In this document: one piece after another, positions 15,427-29,051 of the stretch
Position numbering within the stretch: position 1 is the stretch's first letter
How the letters are laid out: each line of letters starts with the position of its first letter
Assembly (NCBI GenBank): GCA_964016885.1
Contig: OZ024747.1
Location: 4,402,001-4,466,000 of the forward strand
Direction of reading: 5' to 3'
Length of the DNA stretch: 64,000 bases
Origin: Eledone cirrhosa
Lineage: Eukaryota
Made by a program: the position numbers and the translations under genes
Notes under the pieces: generated by a model
What the model saw: the letters and a program-made list of their open reading frames with translations, nothing else
The model's database searches: none
What the model was told of the DNA's origin: nothing

Positions 15427-16663
15427 ATACAAAGTAAAACCTACTACAGCCAGTAGACATCTCTAACAAAATACCCCCCACCCCCACCCCACCCCATCCA
15501 CACCGCCCCTTCAATGTAAAGTTATGTTGGTGCCACAACATCCAGGCCGAAACAAATGAGATCGTGTAGGTGTCACGACAAAAAACACACAGTCCACGCT
15601 GTAATGTGGCCGTGTAGGCAACACGGTAAAAACCTGCCAGCCCCACACTGTAAATGTGGTTGGTGTTAGGAAGGGCATCCAGCTGTAGAAAACCCGCCAG
15701 ACAGTCCTATACGAGCAAGACAATCACTCTTGCCTCAAGTGGGAAAACCCCCGTCCAAACCCATGCAAGCGTGGAACACGGACGTTAAACGTTGATGATG
15801 ATGATGATGATGATGATGCTTTGCCAGACAGAAAGTATCATTATCAACCTCAGGTTCTTGCCACATGTCACAATTTCATCTCCACTGTCAATTCCAGCAC
15901 TTTCAAATCAGTTCTCACCACTTCTACCAAAGTCTTCCTTGGCTTTCTTCTACTGTTGCTCCCTTCCACTGTATGGAGATATTTCTGAGACTACAGATAA
16001 AATCTATGAAGTATTCACTGTTTAAAGGCCAAAAAGTTAAAAAAATCAGGGTATATTAGTTTCCATGGTGTTTATAGATATAAAGTATAGCTTCAACAGA
16101 GAGCCTTTCCCATTTCTTCTCATTATGAAGCCTCATCGGATGTATCTATGATTACCTTGAAAGTTACCTCTGATGAGGCTTCATGGAGACCTGAAACAGA
16201 GTTGGACCTCTGGTGCAACTATAACTCACACACACACATATATATAACGTGTGTGTGTATGTGTGCGTGTATATATATATATATGTGTTTGTATTTATGA
16301 ATGTCTGTGTTTATGTATGTATACATACATACACATAATACATAAACACATACAAACAGACACCACTACATTTTTTTATTATACAAATGAGTACATAGAT
16401 ATTTACACCTGTTTGGCAGGTGACTTGAGTCAACTTATAATGGAAAGGGGTTATTTTTTTCAAGCAAGAAAAAAAAAGCTGGTTGCCTGTTATTTCAGAG
16501 AAAGTACAAGAACATGAAATGTTAACATCTATTTCTACAGAACATGGTGTGCTATTAAAAAATATAGTACAAAAAATAAACCAAAATCAAACCCATATCA
16601 AATCCTTCTAAGAAAAGCACAGCCTATGTACTGTGTATGTATATATATATATATATATATATA

Positions 16664-16717
<54 letters not shown>

Positions 16718-16750
16718 TATATACATATATATATATATATATATATACAC

Positions 16751-16790
<40 letters not shown>

Positions 16791-17242
16791 TATTCTCTGA
16801 TACTAGATCCTATATAACCCTGCTTTTATCTCTATTTTTTATTTTATTTTATCTTATTTTATTTTATTTTTCTTATGGTGGTGGAAGGACTGGTTTAATG
16901 TTTAAATTTATATTTTAATTATTATTATTATTATTATTATTATTCTCATTATTATTCTCATCATCATTATTATTACTATTATTGGGTTTTTTTTAGTTTT
17001 AGTTTTTTATTTCTTTTTTTTTTGTATCCCAGTTAAGGTTTCTGCACCTAAAAGTAATTCTAAACCTTGCTTTATTTCTCCCCTCCCCCTCCCTACCCCC
17101 CTCTCTATTTTTTAGGTTTCCCTTCAAGGAAGTTACACATTTTCTATTTATTGTTCTTCTTATTCTTATTCTTCCCATTTTTTCCTCTACTCATTCTCTT
17201 TCTTGCTTTCATTTGGTTCATTTGTTTTGTTCTTTCTGTATT

Positions 17243-17280
<38 letters not shown>

Positions 17281-17281
17281 G

Positions 17282-17340
<59 letters not shown>

Positions 17341-17350
17341 GGTGGTACTG

Positions 17351-17389
<39 letters not shown>

Positions 17390-17687
17390 ATGGTAGTAGT
17401 GGTGGTGGTTGTAGTAGTAGTGGTGGTGGTGGTGGCAGTGGTGGCAGTGGTGGTAGTGGTGGTGGTGGTAGTAGTGGTAGTGGTGGTAGTAGTAGTGGTG
17501 GTGGTAGTAGTAGTGGTGGTTGTTGCTGTTGTTATTGTTATATGTAGTAGTGGTGGTGGTAGTAGTAGTGGTAGTAGTAGTGTTATATCTAGTAGTAGTA
17601 GTGGTGGTGGTGGTAGCTGTTGCTGTTGTTATTGTTATATCTAGTAGTAGTAGTGGTGGTGGTGGTTGCTGTTGTTATTGTTATATC

Positions 17688-17718
<31 letters not shown>

Positions 17719-17855
17719 GGTAGTTGTTGCTGTTGTTATTGTTATATCTAGTAGTAGTAGTTGTAGTAGTTGCAGCAGTAGTAGTAACAGTAGTAGTGGT
17801 AGTAGTTGTTATTGTTATATCTAGTAACAGTAGTAGTTGTTGTTATTGTTATATC

Positions 17856-17886
<31 letters not shown>

Positions 17887-18374
17887 TGTTGTAGTTGTTA
17901 TGTGTAGTTAGCTATTTTTATTCAAACAGTCGACTAATTTAGATCTGACTATTTAAAAGTGGAAGTACTTGTATATTTAAATCAATAATACGTGAATGAG
18001 CAGGTTTCTGTGTGTGTGTGTGTGTCCATGTATAAGTGTGTGTATGCATGCATCCATGCATGTGTGTGTATGTGCATGTGTGTATGTGCATGTGTTAAAT
18101 GTAGGGAAAATAATAAGGATGTAACAATAAGAAAAAAAATAATAACAACAATAATAATAATGTAATGAAAGTAGGAATTGAGCACAAGGCTAAAATATAC
18201 ATTCAATTTCTTTTCATATTATTTGTTAATTTATATATATATATATATATATATACTCACACACATGTGTATAAATATATGTATTTTTCTTTTTGGTGGA
18301 GGAAAGTTGGAGGTGTGGTGGGTGTAGAGAGGGGGGCTTGTATTTATTTTGTTTTTAATTTCGTTTTTATTTGT

Positions 18375-18405
<31 letters not shown>

Positions 18406-19138
18406 TTTTCTTCCTATATGGAGATTAATGAAAACTGTTATTGAAATACTGTGAAAGATGAAGATTTTTACGGAGAGATATTATTGATCCTCAGACTCTC
18501 ATGAAACATTTGAGACATCAGAGGAACAGGAGAAAACTTTTCATTTCTAAAATGTCGGGAGTAATTTATTTCTTGGCTGCTATTTAAAGCATCAGGATTT
18601 AGGAAAAAAATCAAAACAAATATATATATATCTCCAATCTAAGGGCCGTGCAAACAGGATGAAGGCAGATGATATAGATTCGAAGGGTCAGAACCCTGCA
18701 GAAAGAGAATTTGGTTCGAAATCACCAGACGTATCTGAGGAACTTGCGAATCCAGAGTCAGGTTTGATCCACAAACAGATCGCACCTCTAGCTGTTCACC
18801 GGAGAAACAATTGTAATACGTAATAAATTGTGTTCCGATGCATCACTGATTCTTCGTTTTCCATTTTATCATACTCTGCTCCGAAGAAGCATAGAGTACT
18901 CAACCGGCATACCGCCTATGGACACATCCTAACAACCATACAACATATATATATATGTATGTATTTCCGAAGAAGACGGTATGATCGAACCCATATATTA
19001 TGTCTGGTAGTATGGAGTTCTGTAACTGCTATAGATCAATATATTGATATGATCAACCCTCCAAAACAAATGTAAAACAATGAATGAGATATGTAAAATA
19101 ACTTGCCTTTGTTATCATTGTTAAGAAAACTGCTATTA

Positions 19139-19169
<31 letters not shown>

Positions 19170-19969
19170 TATATACACACATATATAACAAATCGAGCAG
19201 CCAAAATGGAGTCCCCCTTAAGGGTGTTTGGGGTAATATTACTCTATATAGTGCATAGCTGAGGGATGAGAAAGTCACTCCAGTTAGAGTTACAACTTCT
19301 CTGAATTGAGAAATCATAGCTCCGATACTTGGAACATGTCTCAGGAAAGAATCAGTGGACAGATTTTACAGGCAAAACTAACCGGCAAGGGACCCTGGGG
19401 TAGACACTGGGCAAGATGGTTAGATAAGATCCATGACCTCAGCTGGTCTCACTTGGGGACCCAGTTGTATTCATTGGAGATGGTTGCTTCTGACAGGACC
19501 TGCTGGAAGGTGTGTTTGAGGACTCTGCCACCGTGACCCTCCCAAGAATAAGTGGGCAAAGAAGAAGATACTAAAAATGGCTTCAACCCTCCTGCCAAGT
19601 GCTGATTGGCAGCATCGTAAGAACTTAGGACAGAATACTTTGCAGTATTTGTTTCAAGTCTATGTATTCTGAGGAATCCAAGTCCAGTAAGGTCAAATTT
19701 ACCTGTCCTCCTCTTTTTGAGGTTGATAAAATAAAATAAATTTTGAGGGTCAGATAATTGTTAGAGTGCCTTGTGTGATGTTTGTTCTGCTCAGCCCTTT
19801 GTTTTCTGAGTTCAAATCCTGTTGTTACATTTATTTTTCTTTCAGTTTAGTTTTATTTAATTTTTGATTATTTTTTAATTATTTTCTCTCTTTTTCTATT
19901 TTTTCCAGATTGAATCTTTTCAGTTGAAATGACTTTTAATTTCACTCGGAAACATATTTGTAAGACACC

Positions 19970-22378
19970 ATGTTTTTACAACTGCTTACATTTCAAGTTC
20001 TGATTGACACATGTGTGTGTTTAGATTTCATTTACCGAGTCGATGAAGGTAAAAGCCCCAATACGTATGTGGGCAACATTGCTGCTGATACACACATCTT
20101 TGACACAGTCTCCCCAGAATATCACAATCAGATAACGTTTAGCCAATTAGCAAATAAGAAAAGCAATAGTAAATCCGAATTATTTCGAGTCTCAAAAGTT
20201 GGTAAACTTTTCACTTCGCAAATACTTGATGCTGAATCACTTTGTAAATATAACACAGAATGTTTCAAAACTATTGAAGTGGCTGTCAAGAACCGAGAAT
20301 CTTTTCTTAAAGTGTTGGAGATTAAAGTTGTTATAGAAGATGTTAACGATCACCCACCGAAATTTATGGTCGATCATGTTGAGATCCATTTCTCAGAAAG
20401 AGACAGAAAAGGGTCCCGGCTATCGATACCAAATGCCATCGATAAAGATCTTGGAGTTCAAAATTCCTTAATAACTTACGTACTGAAAAAAAGTAAAAAT
20501 GAACCATTTTCTTTGTCAGTTTTTGAAAAGCTGGATGGTACAGCAAAGCTAGGTATTATTTTAGTAGAAAAACTTGACCGGGAAACAAAAGATACTTATT
20601 CACTACAAGTTATAGCAAAAGATGGAGGGTTTCCAAAGAAACAAGGTATTTTAAATGTTAAAATATTAGTTAAAGATGAAAATGATAACCCTCCTGTTTT
20701 CACCGAAAGTGTATATAATGTATCTTTAAGAAATACTCACCCCCGGAATTTATCAATTGTAACTGTCTTAGCAAAAGATTTCGATTCTGATGAAAATGGT
20801 CAGGTGTCATATTACTTCAGTTCAAAGACATCTGGATTAACAAAAACTTATTTTGAGTTAGGTAAAACGACAGGGGAAATTTTCTATCGTGACAATTTCC
20901 CCTTCGAACAAAGGCAGACCTACAAGTTATTCATCGAAGCCATGGATGGTGGTAACCCTCCACTTAGTTCCACTGCTATTGTTCTTGTAAATGTTATCAA
21001 CCAGTTGAACAATCCCCCTAGTGTGGATGTAAATTTTTTCTCCCAATCAACCGAAAATGCTTTCACTATTTCAGAAGGAGTTAAAATAGGTAGTTTTATC
21101 GCTTACGTGAAAGTTACTGATAATGATGTCGGAGAAAATGGAGAGGTAACTTGTGAACTTCAACATGATAAATTACAACTTCAGAACCTTGGTAAGAAAA
21201 AATATAAAATAACTGTGAAGAATCTGATTGATAGGGAGACGGAAAATCATATTGATTTTAGGATTAGCTGCCGGGATAAAGGATCGACTCCTTTAGAAAC
21301 AGATAGCAATTTCTCCATCCAAGTAACAGATGTCAATGATGTTGCACCACATTTCACAAAAAACACTTTCAAATTTCTGACCTATGAGAATGAAGAACCA
21401 AATTTTCCAGTTGGCTTCATTAATGCAACTGACCCAGATTTGGGTTTTGGAGGTCAACTTAGTTACTCACTAATTAGTGACCATCAAATACTACCATTTG
21501 AAATTTCTGATTTTGGTTTCATTTCGACAACTCGGTCTGTGGATTATGAACAACAGGATATTTACAAATTCAAAGTTTTCGTTAAAGACAATGGAACACC
21601 ATCACTAAACAACACAGCAAATGTTGTTGTTGAGGTTATGGATGAGAATGATAATGCTCCTTATTTTACATTTCCTAGTGTTAACCCTTTTAGTCTAGAT
21701 GTCCATTACCAACCCCATCGCAAGAATGAAGTTGCAGTGTTGAGAGCTTCTGACAGAGACAGCCATGTCAATGCCTTCCTCAGGTATGAAATACTGGGAG
21801 GAAATGAAAAACAATTGTTTAAGGTGAACTCCTATACAGGAGTTCTATCTTTCTCTCGTACCGTTTACCAAAATGACGCTGGCTCATACGAGCTCCTGTT
21901 TGTTGTTAAAGACAGCGGTACTCCAGTTCTTTCTGCAACAACCACCTTGTCTTTAATATTAACAGTTAGCAACAAAACAGCCAAAATGCAAACTACTGTG
22001 GTTGTAGAAACAGATAACAGGATACATATCAACCTTATGATTCTCTTTGTTGTGGCAGCAGTCATTATCACCATAGTAACAGCAATTTCAGTTATAATAT
22101 GCATTGTCCAGAGGCATAATCAAAAAAATGTGCCATATGGCAACACCACAGAGGCCGATAATAAATTTCTAGATGAAAGAAACCAATCAGAAAATGTATG
22201 TGAACAATATGACATTCCAGTTACAATGGTAACTAAACAAGAACATAACCAGGTCTACCAAGCAACATTGCTTAAAAAGGAGCCCTGTGCCGAATTTCAA
22301 GCAGGCCATACTTGGAAAGGGTCTGCTGTTGAAATACAGCATCAGGCAGCTGTACAAGGAACACCTCAAGTAACTTAT
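19970..22378 (+). CDS. PCDH: Protocadherin coding exon 1: signal peptide, six extracellular cadherin repeats, transmembrane helix and proximal cytoplasmic tail (803 codons)
   Basis: Long non-repetitive ORF. Ca-binding linkers DVNDHPP, DENDNPP, NQLNNPP (degenerate), DVNDVAP, DENDNAP; LDRE/IDRE/VDYE and AxDxG motifs; EC1 cysteine pair DAESLCKYNTEC typical of protocadherins; hydrophobic TM INLMILFVVAAVIITIVTAISVIICIV. ATG in accATG context with an in-frame TAA at 19961. Acceptor ttttccag at 19908 (exon begins 19909). Donor TAT|GTAAGT after 22378 (phase 0); alternative CAA|GTAACT after 22369. Confidence 0.97.
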
Positions 22379-22420
22379 GTAAGTACATTCTTGTTATTTA
22401 ATATATTTAATATATATATA

Positions 22421-22861
22421 TAAATGTAATCTGAGTTTTTCAAATATTAATAATTGTTTCTACTTTTGGCACAAGGCCAGCAATAACCCAGTGCATTACT
22501 GGTACTTTATTTTATCAACCCTGTAAGGATGAAAGGCAAAGTTAACCTCGATGGGATTTAAATTCAGACCGTAAAGGGGCTAACTATGCTAACATTTGAT
22601 TCGTTTGCAATTATGCAAACAAGCCTTATTTTTAAAGCGATGTCAGTAGAATGAACCCTTCATTCTTGCTCTTGTGTTGGCATGTAAACAGAACTGCAGA
22701 CACTAATATTTCTGGGTATCACCCTTCATCAGTACAGCTCACTGTTCACCTGCCATGAAGGGTTCATTCTACTGACATGGCTTTAAAAATGAGGCTTGTT
22801 TGCATATTTGCAAACGAATCGAATGTTATTATTAATATTCGAAAAACTCAGAATACATTTA
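22421..22861. repeat. Inverted repeat (~100-bp arms) whose left arm is interrupted by a SINE
   Basis: 22421-22454 plus 22591-22653 pair with 22755-22861. Confidence 0.9.
22691..22740 (-). ncRNA. Type I minimal hammerhead ribozyme motif (Penelope-like)
   Basis: Minus strand reads gagctgta-CUGAUGA-agggu gau accca-GAAA-uauuagug-UC-ugcaguuc: 8-bp stem I (with G-U pairs), stem II gggu/accc, short stem III, GUC cleavage triplet. Confidence 0.7.
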
Positions 22862-23438
22862 TTGTATTCAGCCATGTAGAGCAAAATTTTTTTTTTTTTT
22901 CATATATATAAGCCATTTTTCCCAATTCCAACCCGCCCGTCCCCTCAATCTTTCTTATTTTTCATTCTTTCTTCTGATAAAGGACTAGAATCTGAAACGT
23001 TAAGACCCTCTTCCTGCTATTTCAAGTGTTAACCTAATATATCCCTTCCATATACTGTACGGATTGTGTTGTTATTTCTGTTTACCTTTTACATACATAC
23101 ATACATACATATATATGTACACACACATACATATATATGTACACACACACACACATATAAATGTAATGAAGATTGCTGGTATTAAGTCAACAGATAAATG
23201 TAATGTAAAGTTAAATTTATGTGTGATTTTGAAATCCATATTGTAATTGCTTTAGTTTCAATAAGGTCTCATAACAATTTACTTGCCAGACAAGTACAAC
23301 TCCTATATTTTTGTGTGTGTATAGTTGTAGTGCACCTGAGCACTGTACACAATAATTTCATTATTATTATTACTATTATTATATATATATGTGTGTAATT
23401 ATTATATGTATTATTACTATTATTATATATATATATAA

Positions 23439-23630
23439 GGGCGGTGGATTGGCAGTATCGGTAGAGAGTCGGACGCCATGTTTTGAAGCATAGAGTTACG
23501 TCCCTTTATGATCTGAGTTCAAATCCCGCTGAGGTTAACTTTGCCTTTCATCCTTACGGGGTCGATAAAATAAAGTACCAGTAATGTACTGGGTAATTGC
23601 TGGCCTTGTGCCAAAAAAATAGAAACAATT
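23439..23630 (+). mobile_element. tRNA-derived SINE (family B; core GAGGTTAACTTTGCCTTTCATCCTTACGGGGTCGATAAAATAAAGTACCAG)
   Basis: A box (TGGCAGTATCGG), B box (GAGTTCAAATCC) and AT-rich tail. Further copies at about 19590-19760, 22452-22590(-), 25405-25565(-), 25700-25860, 26098-26265(-), 39745-39950, 45190-45290, 51115-51305 and 63020-63225. Confidence 0.9.
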
Positions 23631-23669
23631 ATATATATGTGTGTGTATATAAATATATATAATAATGAA

Positions 23670-24745
23670 ATAATAATAATAATGAAATTATTGTGCAAAG
23701 TGCTCAGGTGCACTACAACTTGTCAATATAGTACATAGAATAATACACAAATGACAGGGAAGTACATGTGTGTATGTGTTAGCTGTTCTATTGGCGGATC
23801 TCGGGAAGCATGGAGGCCTTAAAGGATGCAGTGTCCCGACAGCTAACAACTGATGCAGGTAGTTTGTTCCATGCTTCAGCAACTCTGAGCGTGAAAAAAT
23901 GTTTCCGAAAGTCATGGGAACTGTGCTGTTTTCTTACTTTGTGGGCATGTCCACGTGTGTTAGACACATGGAAATCGAAAAGGTACTCAGGGTTGTTGTT
24001 GGCAACATGGTTAACAATTTTGTGGGTGTTTACCAAGTCAGTTGCCAGGCGTCGGAGCTTCAATGAATCCATGCCCAGGGAAGCAAGGCGCTCAGAGTAT
24101 GGTAGATGCCTGATGGAGGGTATTCGCTTGGTTGCATGTCTCTGAACAGTTTCCAGGCGGTCAATGTCCTGAGCAAGATAGGGGTTCCAGACTGGTAATG
24201 CAAATTCTAAGTGTGGTCGCACCATAGCTGTATACAGCCTTAAATAGATATCTGGAGAGCGGCTGACAAAGGTCTTGCTGAGTGATGCTAAGACACCCTC
24301 GGCCCTCTTGACAATTTTAGAGACGTGCCTCGTCCAACGCAAATCGCTGCTGACCGTAATGCCCAGGTCACGTTCACAGGAAGACTTCTTGATATTAGTG
24401 CTGTAGAGGGAGTATGTGGACGCTGGGTTTTTACTCCCAAAATGCATGGTGGTGCACTTGTCCACAGCTAGCTTGAGTTGCCAGTCTGAGATCCACTGTT
24501 GCATTGTGTCCAGGTCAGACTGCAAGCAAGATCTATAGTGTTCAGGATCTGTCCTTTTTATCTCAAGGTACAGCTTGATGTCGTCTGCGTACTTTAGTAC
24601 TGTGGCATTCCTTAAGTTGGCATCTATGTCATTAATATATGCCACAAACAAAAGGGGGCCAAGAACAGATCCCTGTGGTACACCAGATGACATCTCATAT
24701 GGTGAGGAATGCTGTCCCAGAACCGTGACTACTTCTCTTCGACTG
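23670..24745 (-). mobile_element. 5'-truncated CR1/L2-type LINE: C-terminal part of the reverse transcriptase ORF plus 3' UTR
   Basis: SGVPQGSVLGPLLF and YADD RT motifs, ERDLGITVS, LYTAMVRPHLEF, TRGH, FFTLRVAEAWNKLP; ORF still open for about 320 codons; (ATT)n tail. Confidence 0.95.
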
Positions 24746-26271
24746 AGAATGAAGGATATATATATATTCATGTTTTCTTCTTCATTCCCATTTCGTTTAC
24801 TCTACCAAAACAGGTAACAGAAGCAGCTCTCTGTAAAGAATATTTATTATATTGTTATGATGAGAGAATATGAATGTGTGCCAACATTAAGTCAGAGAGA
24901 AGAACTAACATTTGAATATTTAAATAGCAAAGAATAAGTTGGGCTCGGTTGATTCAGATAAATGGTTTTCTTTACCTTTTTTGTTCCTATTGCTTTTATT
25001 CTACTGAAATATTTGACATTAATAGCTAGAAAGAATAATTATTATATCATGTAGTTATGACAAGAAAATACAAGTGTGTGCCAACTAATGCAATGCCCTA
25101 CCTACTCCATGCATGTGTATCCTTGGGGAAAGTGTGGGCTCTGTAAGATACAGGGGAGAGCAGTGACTCCAAATAAATATAATTGTACAGGGTAGTTTTG
25201 ACTATGTAAGCTGTGATCACTGTGGAAGGAAACTGCTGAAGAGAAAGACATAGAAAGACTTGGGTTGAAGTGGTGAGAAATGATCTCATATCAATGAACC
25301 CGACAGAGGAGATGACAAAGGAATGCAACAAATGGAGGCAAGCTGTGCTGGAGGAAACCTATCAACACATAGAAGCATGGAAAGATGAACTTTAAACTGT
25401 GATAATAATTGTTTCTACTTTTGGCACAAGGCCAGCAATTATACAGTGTATTGCTGATACTTTTTTTTATCGACCCCGTAAGGCAAAGTTAACCTCGGCG
25501 GATTTGAACTTAGTCCATAAAGGGCCGTAACTCTTTGCTGCAAAGCATGGTGTCCGACCCTCTACCAATGACAACCACAGGTTTCTGTACCATGCTTGAA
25601 TTGTGCAGTGTTTAACAATAACACATTGTGGTTTTTTATTACTTCCCTTTATGTTCAAGTTACGTCCCTTTACACTTATATATTAAGATAAATAATTAGT
25701 TGACGGTAGGTGGCGATTTGACGGTCTTGTTGGAACATTGGATAGAATACTTTGTGGTATTCGTTCTGGCTCTCTCAGTTCAAATCCCACTGAGTTCTAC
25801 TTTGCCTTTCATTTATTCAAGGTCGAGAAAAAGTACCAGTCTAGTACTGGGGTCAATTCCTCCTCTATATGTCTTTCTCACACTCTCTATCCTTCCCTGG
25901 AAGAAATCTACTGTATTCAGACCTGGAGAGGAGGTAGGCTCCACCAGGTTTTAAAATACCCTAGAAACGCCGTATGTCAATAAAGCACCCCCACAACTCC
26001 CTCGGGTGTTACATGGGGGGAAAGGAAACGGAAGTATTAGGCAACATGGGTAATTGTTGGCACAACCACAGTAAATCATACTTATAACTGAATTTTATAA
26101 TAATTGTTTCTACTTTTGGCACAAGGCCAGCAATTATCTCAGTGAATTACTGGTACTTTATTTTATCGACCCCGTAAGGATGAAAGGCAAAGTTAACCTC
26201 GGCGGGATTTCAACTCAGATCATAAAGGGCCGTAACTCCATGCTGAAAAGCATGGCGTTCGACCTATTTCA

Positions 26272-26735
26272 TAATAATAATTATTGTGTACAGTGCTCAG
26301 GTGGACTACAACTCATCAAAGGTGCATGTATAGTACATAGAATAATGTACAAATGTCAGGAAAGAGAACAGTGTATGAGTCATGATACACACAGACACAT
26401 ACACGTGAACATGTGTATGGGGGGGGGGGATATCAGGTGTAGTGTTGGCGAATTTTGGGAAGCATGGAGGTTTTGAAGGATGCAGTTTCCTGGCAACTAA
26501 CAACTGATGCAGGTAGTTTGTTCCATGCTTCAGCAACTCTGAGCGTGAAAAAATGTTTCCAGAAGTCATGGGAGCTGTGCTGTTTTCTGACTTCCTAGGC
26601 ATGTCCATGATTGTTAGACACATGGAATTGAAAAAGGTGCTCAGGGTTGTTGTTGGAAAGATGGTTAATAATCTTGTGGGTGTCTACTAAGTCAGTTGTC
26701 AGACGTCGGAGCTTTAATGTATCCATGCCCAGGGA
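26272..26735 (-). mobile_element. Shorter 3' fragment of the same CR1/L2-type LINE
   Basis: Clear similarity to 23690-24085. 3' UTR stubs (GTTGTAGTGCACCTGAGCACTGTACACAAT) also at about 23325, 28840, 42075, 50310 and 59640. Confidence 0.9.
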
Positions 26736-27883
26736 ATTATTAAATTTTGTTAATCTATCTTCGGCGAAATTTTATTTTAAGTGGTAGCATTCCTGCGACA
26801 ATAAATTTTCTTTATACATTAAAAAAAAACATTTTACATGACGAAAAAGTACATTACTAGAAATCTCATATGTTATAAAATAAATAGGATGAGTTGGGGT
26901 CTCAATATGTAAACTAAATGACTAATTCTGGTTAGAAGAAAAAAATGAACGGCGACAACGTAGAAAAATTACCGATTTTCCAGCACCCCCTGTTCGCTGA
27001 TTCCAACTCCCTGCTAATCCTTATCCCCCCCCCCCTTATTCCCTTCCCCCTATTATTTGGGGTCCGAGAGTACAACAATTTTTCTATAATATAATATAAT
27101 ATAATTATTCATCAACTCACACACACTCGATAAGACAACGCTGCGATGTTATATATAGTGTTTTTGTTGTCATTAAGAACATACTTGCAAGTACACACAC
27201 ACACACACACACCTACCTTTACCGATGTATTTTTGTCAACCCGCTGGTCTACACGACACAGGATCCCATTGTTACTTCTTTTGGTGAAGTTCGGAAAGAA
27301 CGGTAACAAATGCAAGAATTCTCTCCCTTGGTACCAAAACCAACGATATGAACCAAAAGATAAAATAATGTAGAAGCAATATTTTGTTTTTTGTCATTCA
27401 ATGACTTCGATATATAAAATAAACTGGGGGAAATAAATTTAGGGAATATATAGGACAATTATATCGTCTGCTTTATATAAATTATGGGTAGTTGTTTTAT
27501 TTATTATTAAAGGAAGGAAGAGATAATAGAGTCCTAGGACGTGATTTATAAGGGAGAAAACTAAATGTTACCATAATTCTGTCAGTTCTCGCTTCGTTCT
27601 CAACTATTTTTTCTTCTATTATCTATCGTATTATTTGTGACAATGTGTGTGTGATTAATACATATCTGTATTTACATTAAACATACACACAAACTCACAT
27701 ATACACACACACACACACACAATATTACAAGTTTCATATTATGGAGTTATCCAATAATTTTTCAAAATACTAAATCTTTCTTGTACTCATTTCCAAGGGA
27801 GATAACTTCAATAAACTAATTGGCTACATTATACGGGTGTGCAAGGCAAAAAATGTTCTACATTCTACAGACTGTTGTAGCGG

Positions 27884-27948
<65 letters not shown>

Positions 27949-28276
27949 CATCGTCATTGTCGTACGTCCATTTCCTCACCATAAGCATGGGTTAGACAGG
28001 TTTTCATATTTGAGGCAACTCAGCTCAGATGACCATATCTTGCTCGTACAGAACTGTTTCTGGGTTGGTTTCTATGGTTGGATGCCCTTCATGAGAAATT
28101 TATTATCGTTTCTACCTCTGCTCATTCTCCTCTATCTTTCTATTTATTTTTAAATTGTCCTATTTCCTAATGAAGGACTAGCATGCGAAACGTTAAAACC
28201 TTTCTTACTATATCAAGCGTGAAACTAATATATTCTTCATTGAACTTCATCGCCTACTATTTTTACCGTTTACTTT

Positions 28277-28307
<31 letters not shown>

Positions 28308-28356
28308 ACGAAGGTGGTGTGGTAAGGAACCAGATGGACCGTAACACACCAGAGTA

Positions 28357-28410
<54 letters not shown>

Positions 28411-28714
28411 TCATCGTTTTAACGTCTGCTTTACCTGCTAGCCAGAGTTAAACAGGTCTACATAGACCAAGTCAGTAAAGAAGCAGTGGCTACTGATCTC
28501 TCACGCAAGACGGGGATCTGTCTTCTTATGTATGGTCTCGGGTTCATGCCTTTCACACAACTAAGGGTCTTTCCTACCGACTGTTTGGCAACCTTTCTAT
28601 AAAAATATATCAATCAGTATGGATTCAGTTCGAAACTACTTAGACCATTACTCAACAGAGTACTCAATACTTGGGGTAGTAGAGTATGATTATATTATAT
28701 AGAGTCAGGACCTC

Positions 28715-28791
28715 GATGGCTGAACTCTTGCCATTTGAACAGCTAGTTCCAGTCTGGAACTAACTGTTGAAATGGCAAGAGCTCAAACATC
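28715..28791. repeat. Near-perfect palindrome, ~38-bp arms, 1-nt centre
   Basis: ...ctcttgccatttgaacagctagttccag T ctggaactaactgttgaaatggcaagag... Confidence 0.9.
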
Positions 28792-29051
28792 TTTATAATA
28801 TAAAAACATATATATTTTTTCATAATAATGAAAATGATTGTGTACAGTGCTCAGGTGCACTACAACTCATCAAAGGTGCATGTATAAAGATGATTGTATG
28901 TATGTTCATATTATTCATGTTATTTCGCCCTTGTGCCTAAATCAGAAACCATTATTCATGTTCTTTCTCTTTTCTTCTTCATTTTATGTACCTGAACCAC
29001 CACCATCATCATCATCATCATCAACATCATCACTAATACCAAATATGGCAG

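Noticed and set aside
22379-22423. C-terminal VSTFLLFNIFNIYI of the 817-aa ORF as the true protein end
   Set aside because: It begins at a consensus GTAAGT donor and runs into AT repeat; most likely intron, although a retained isoform is possible.
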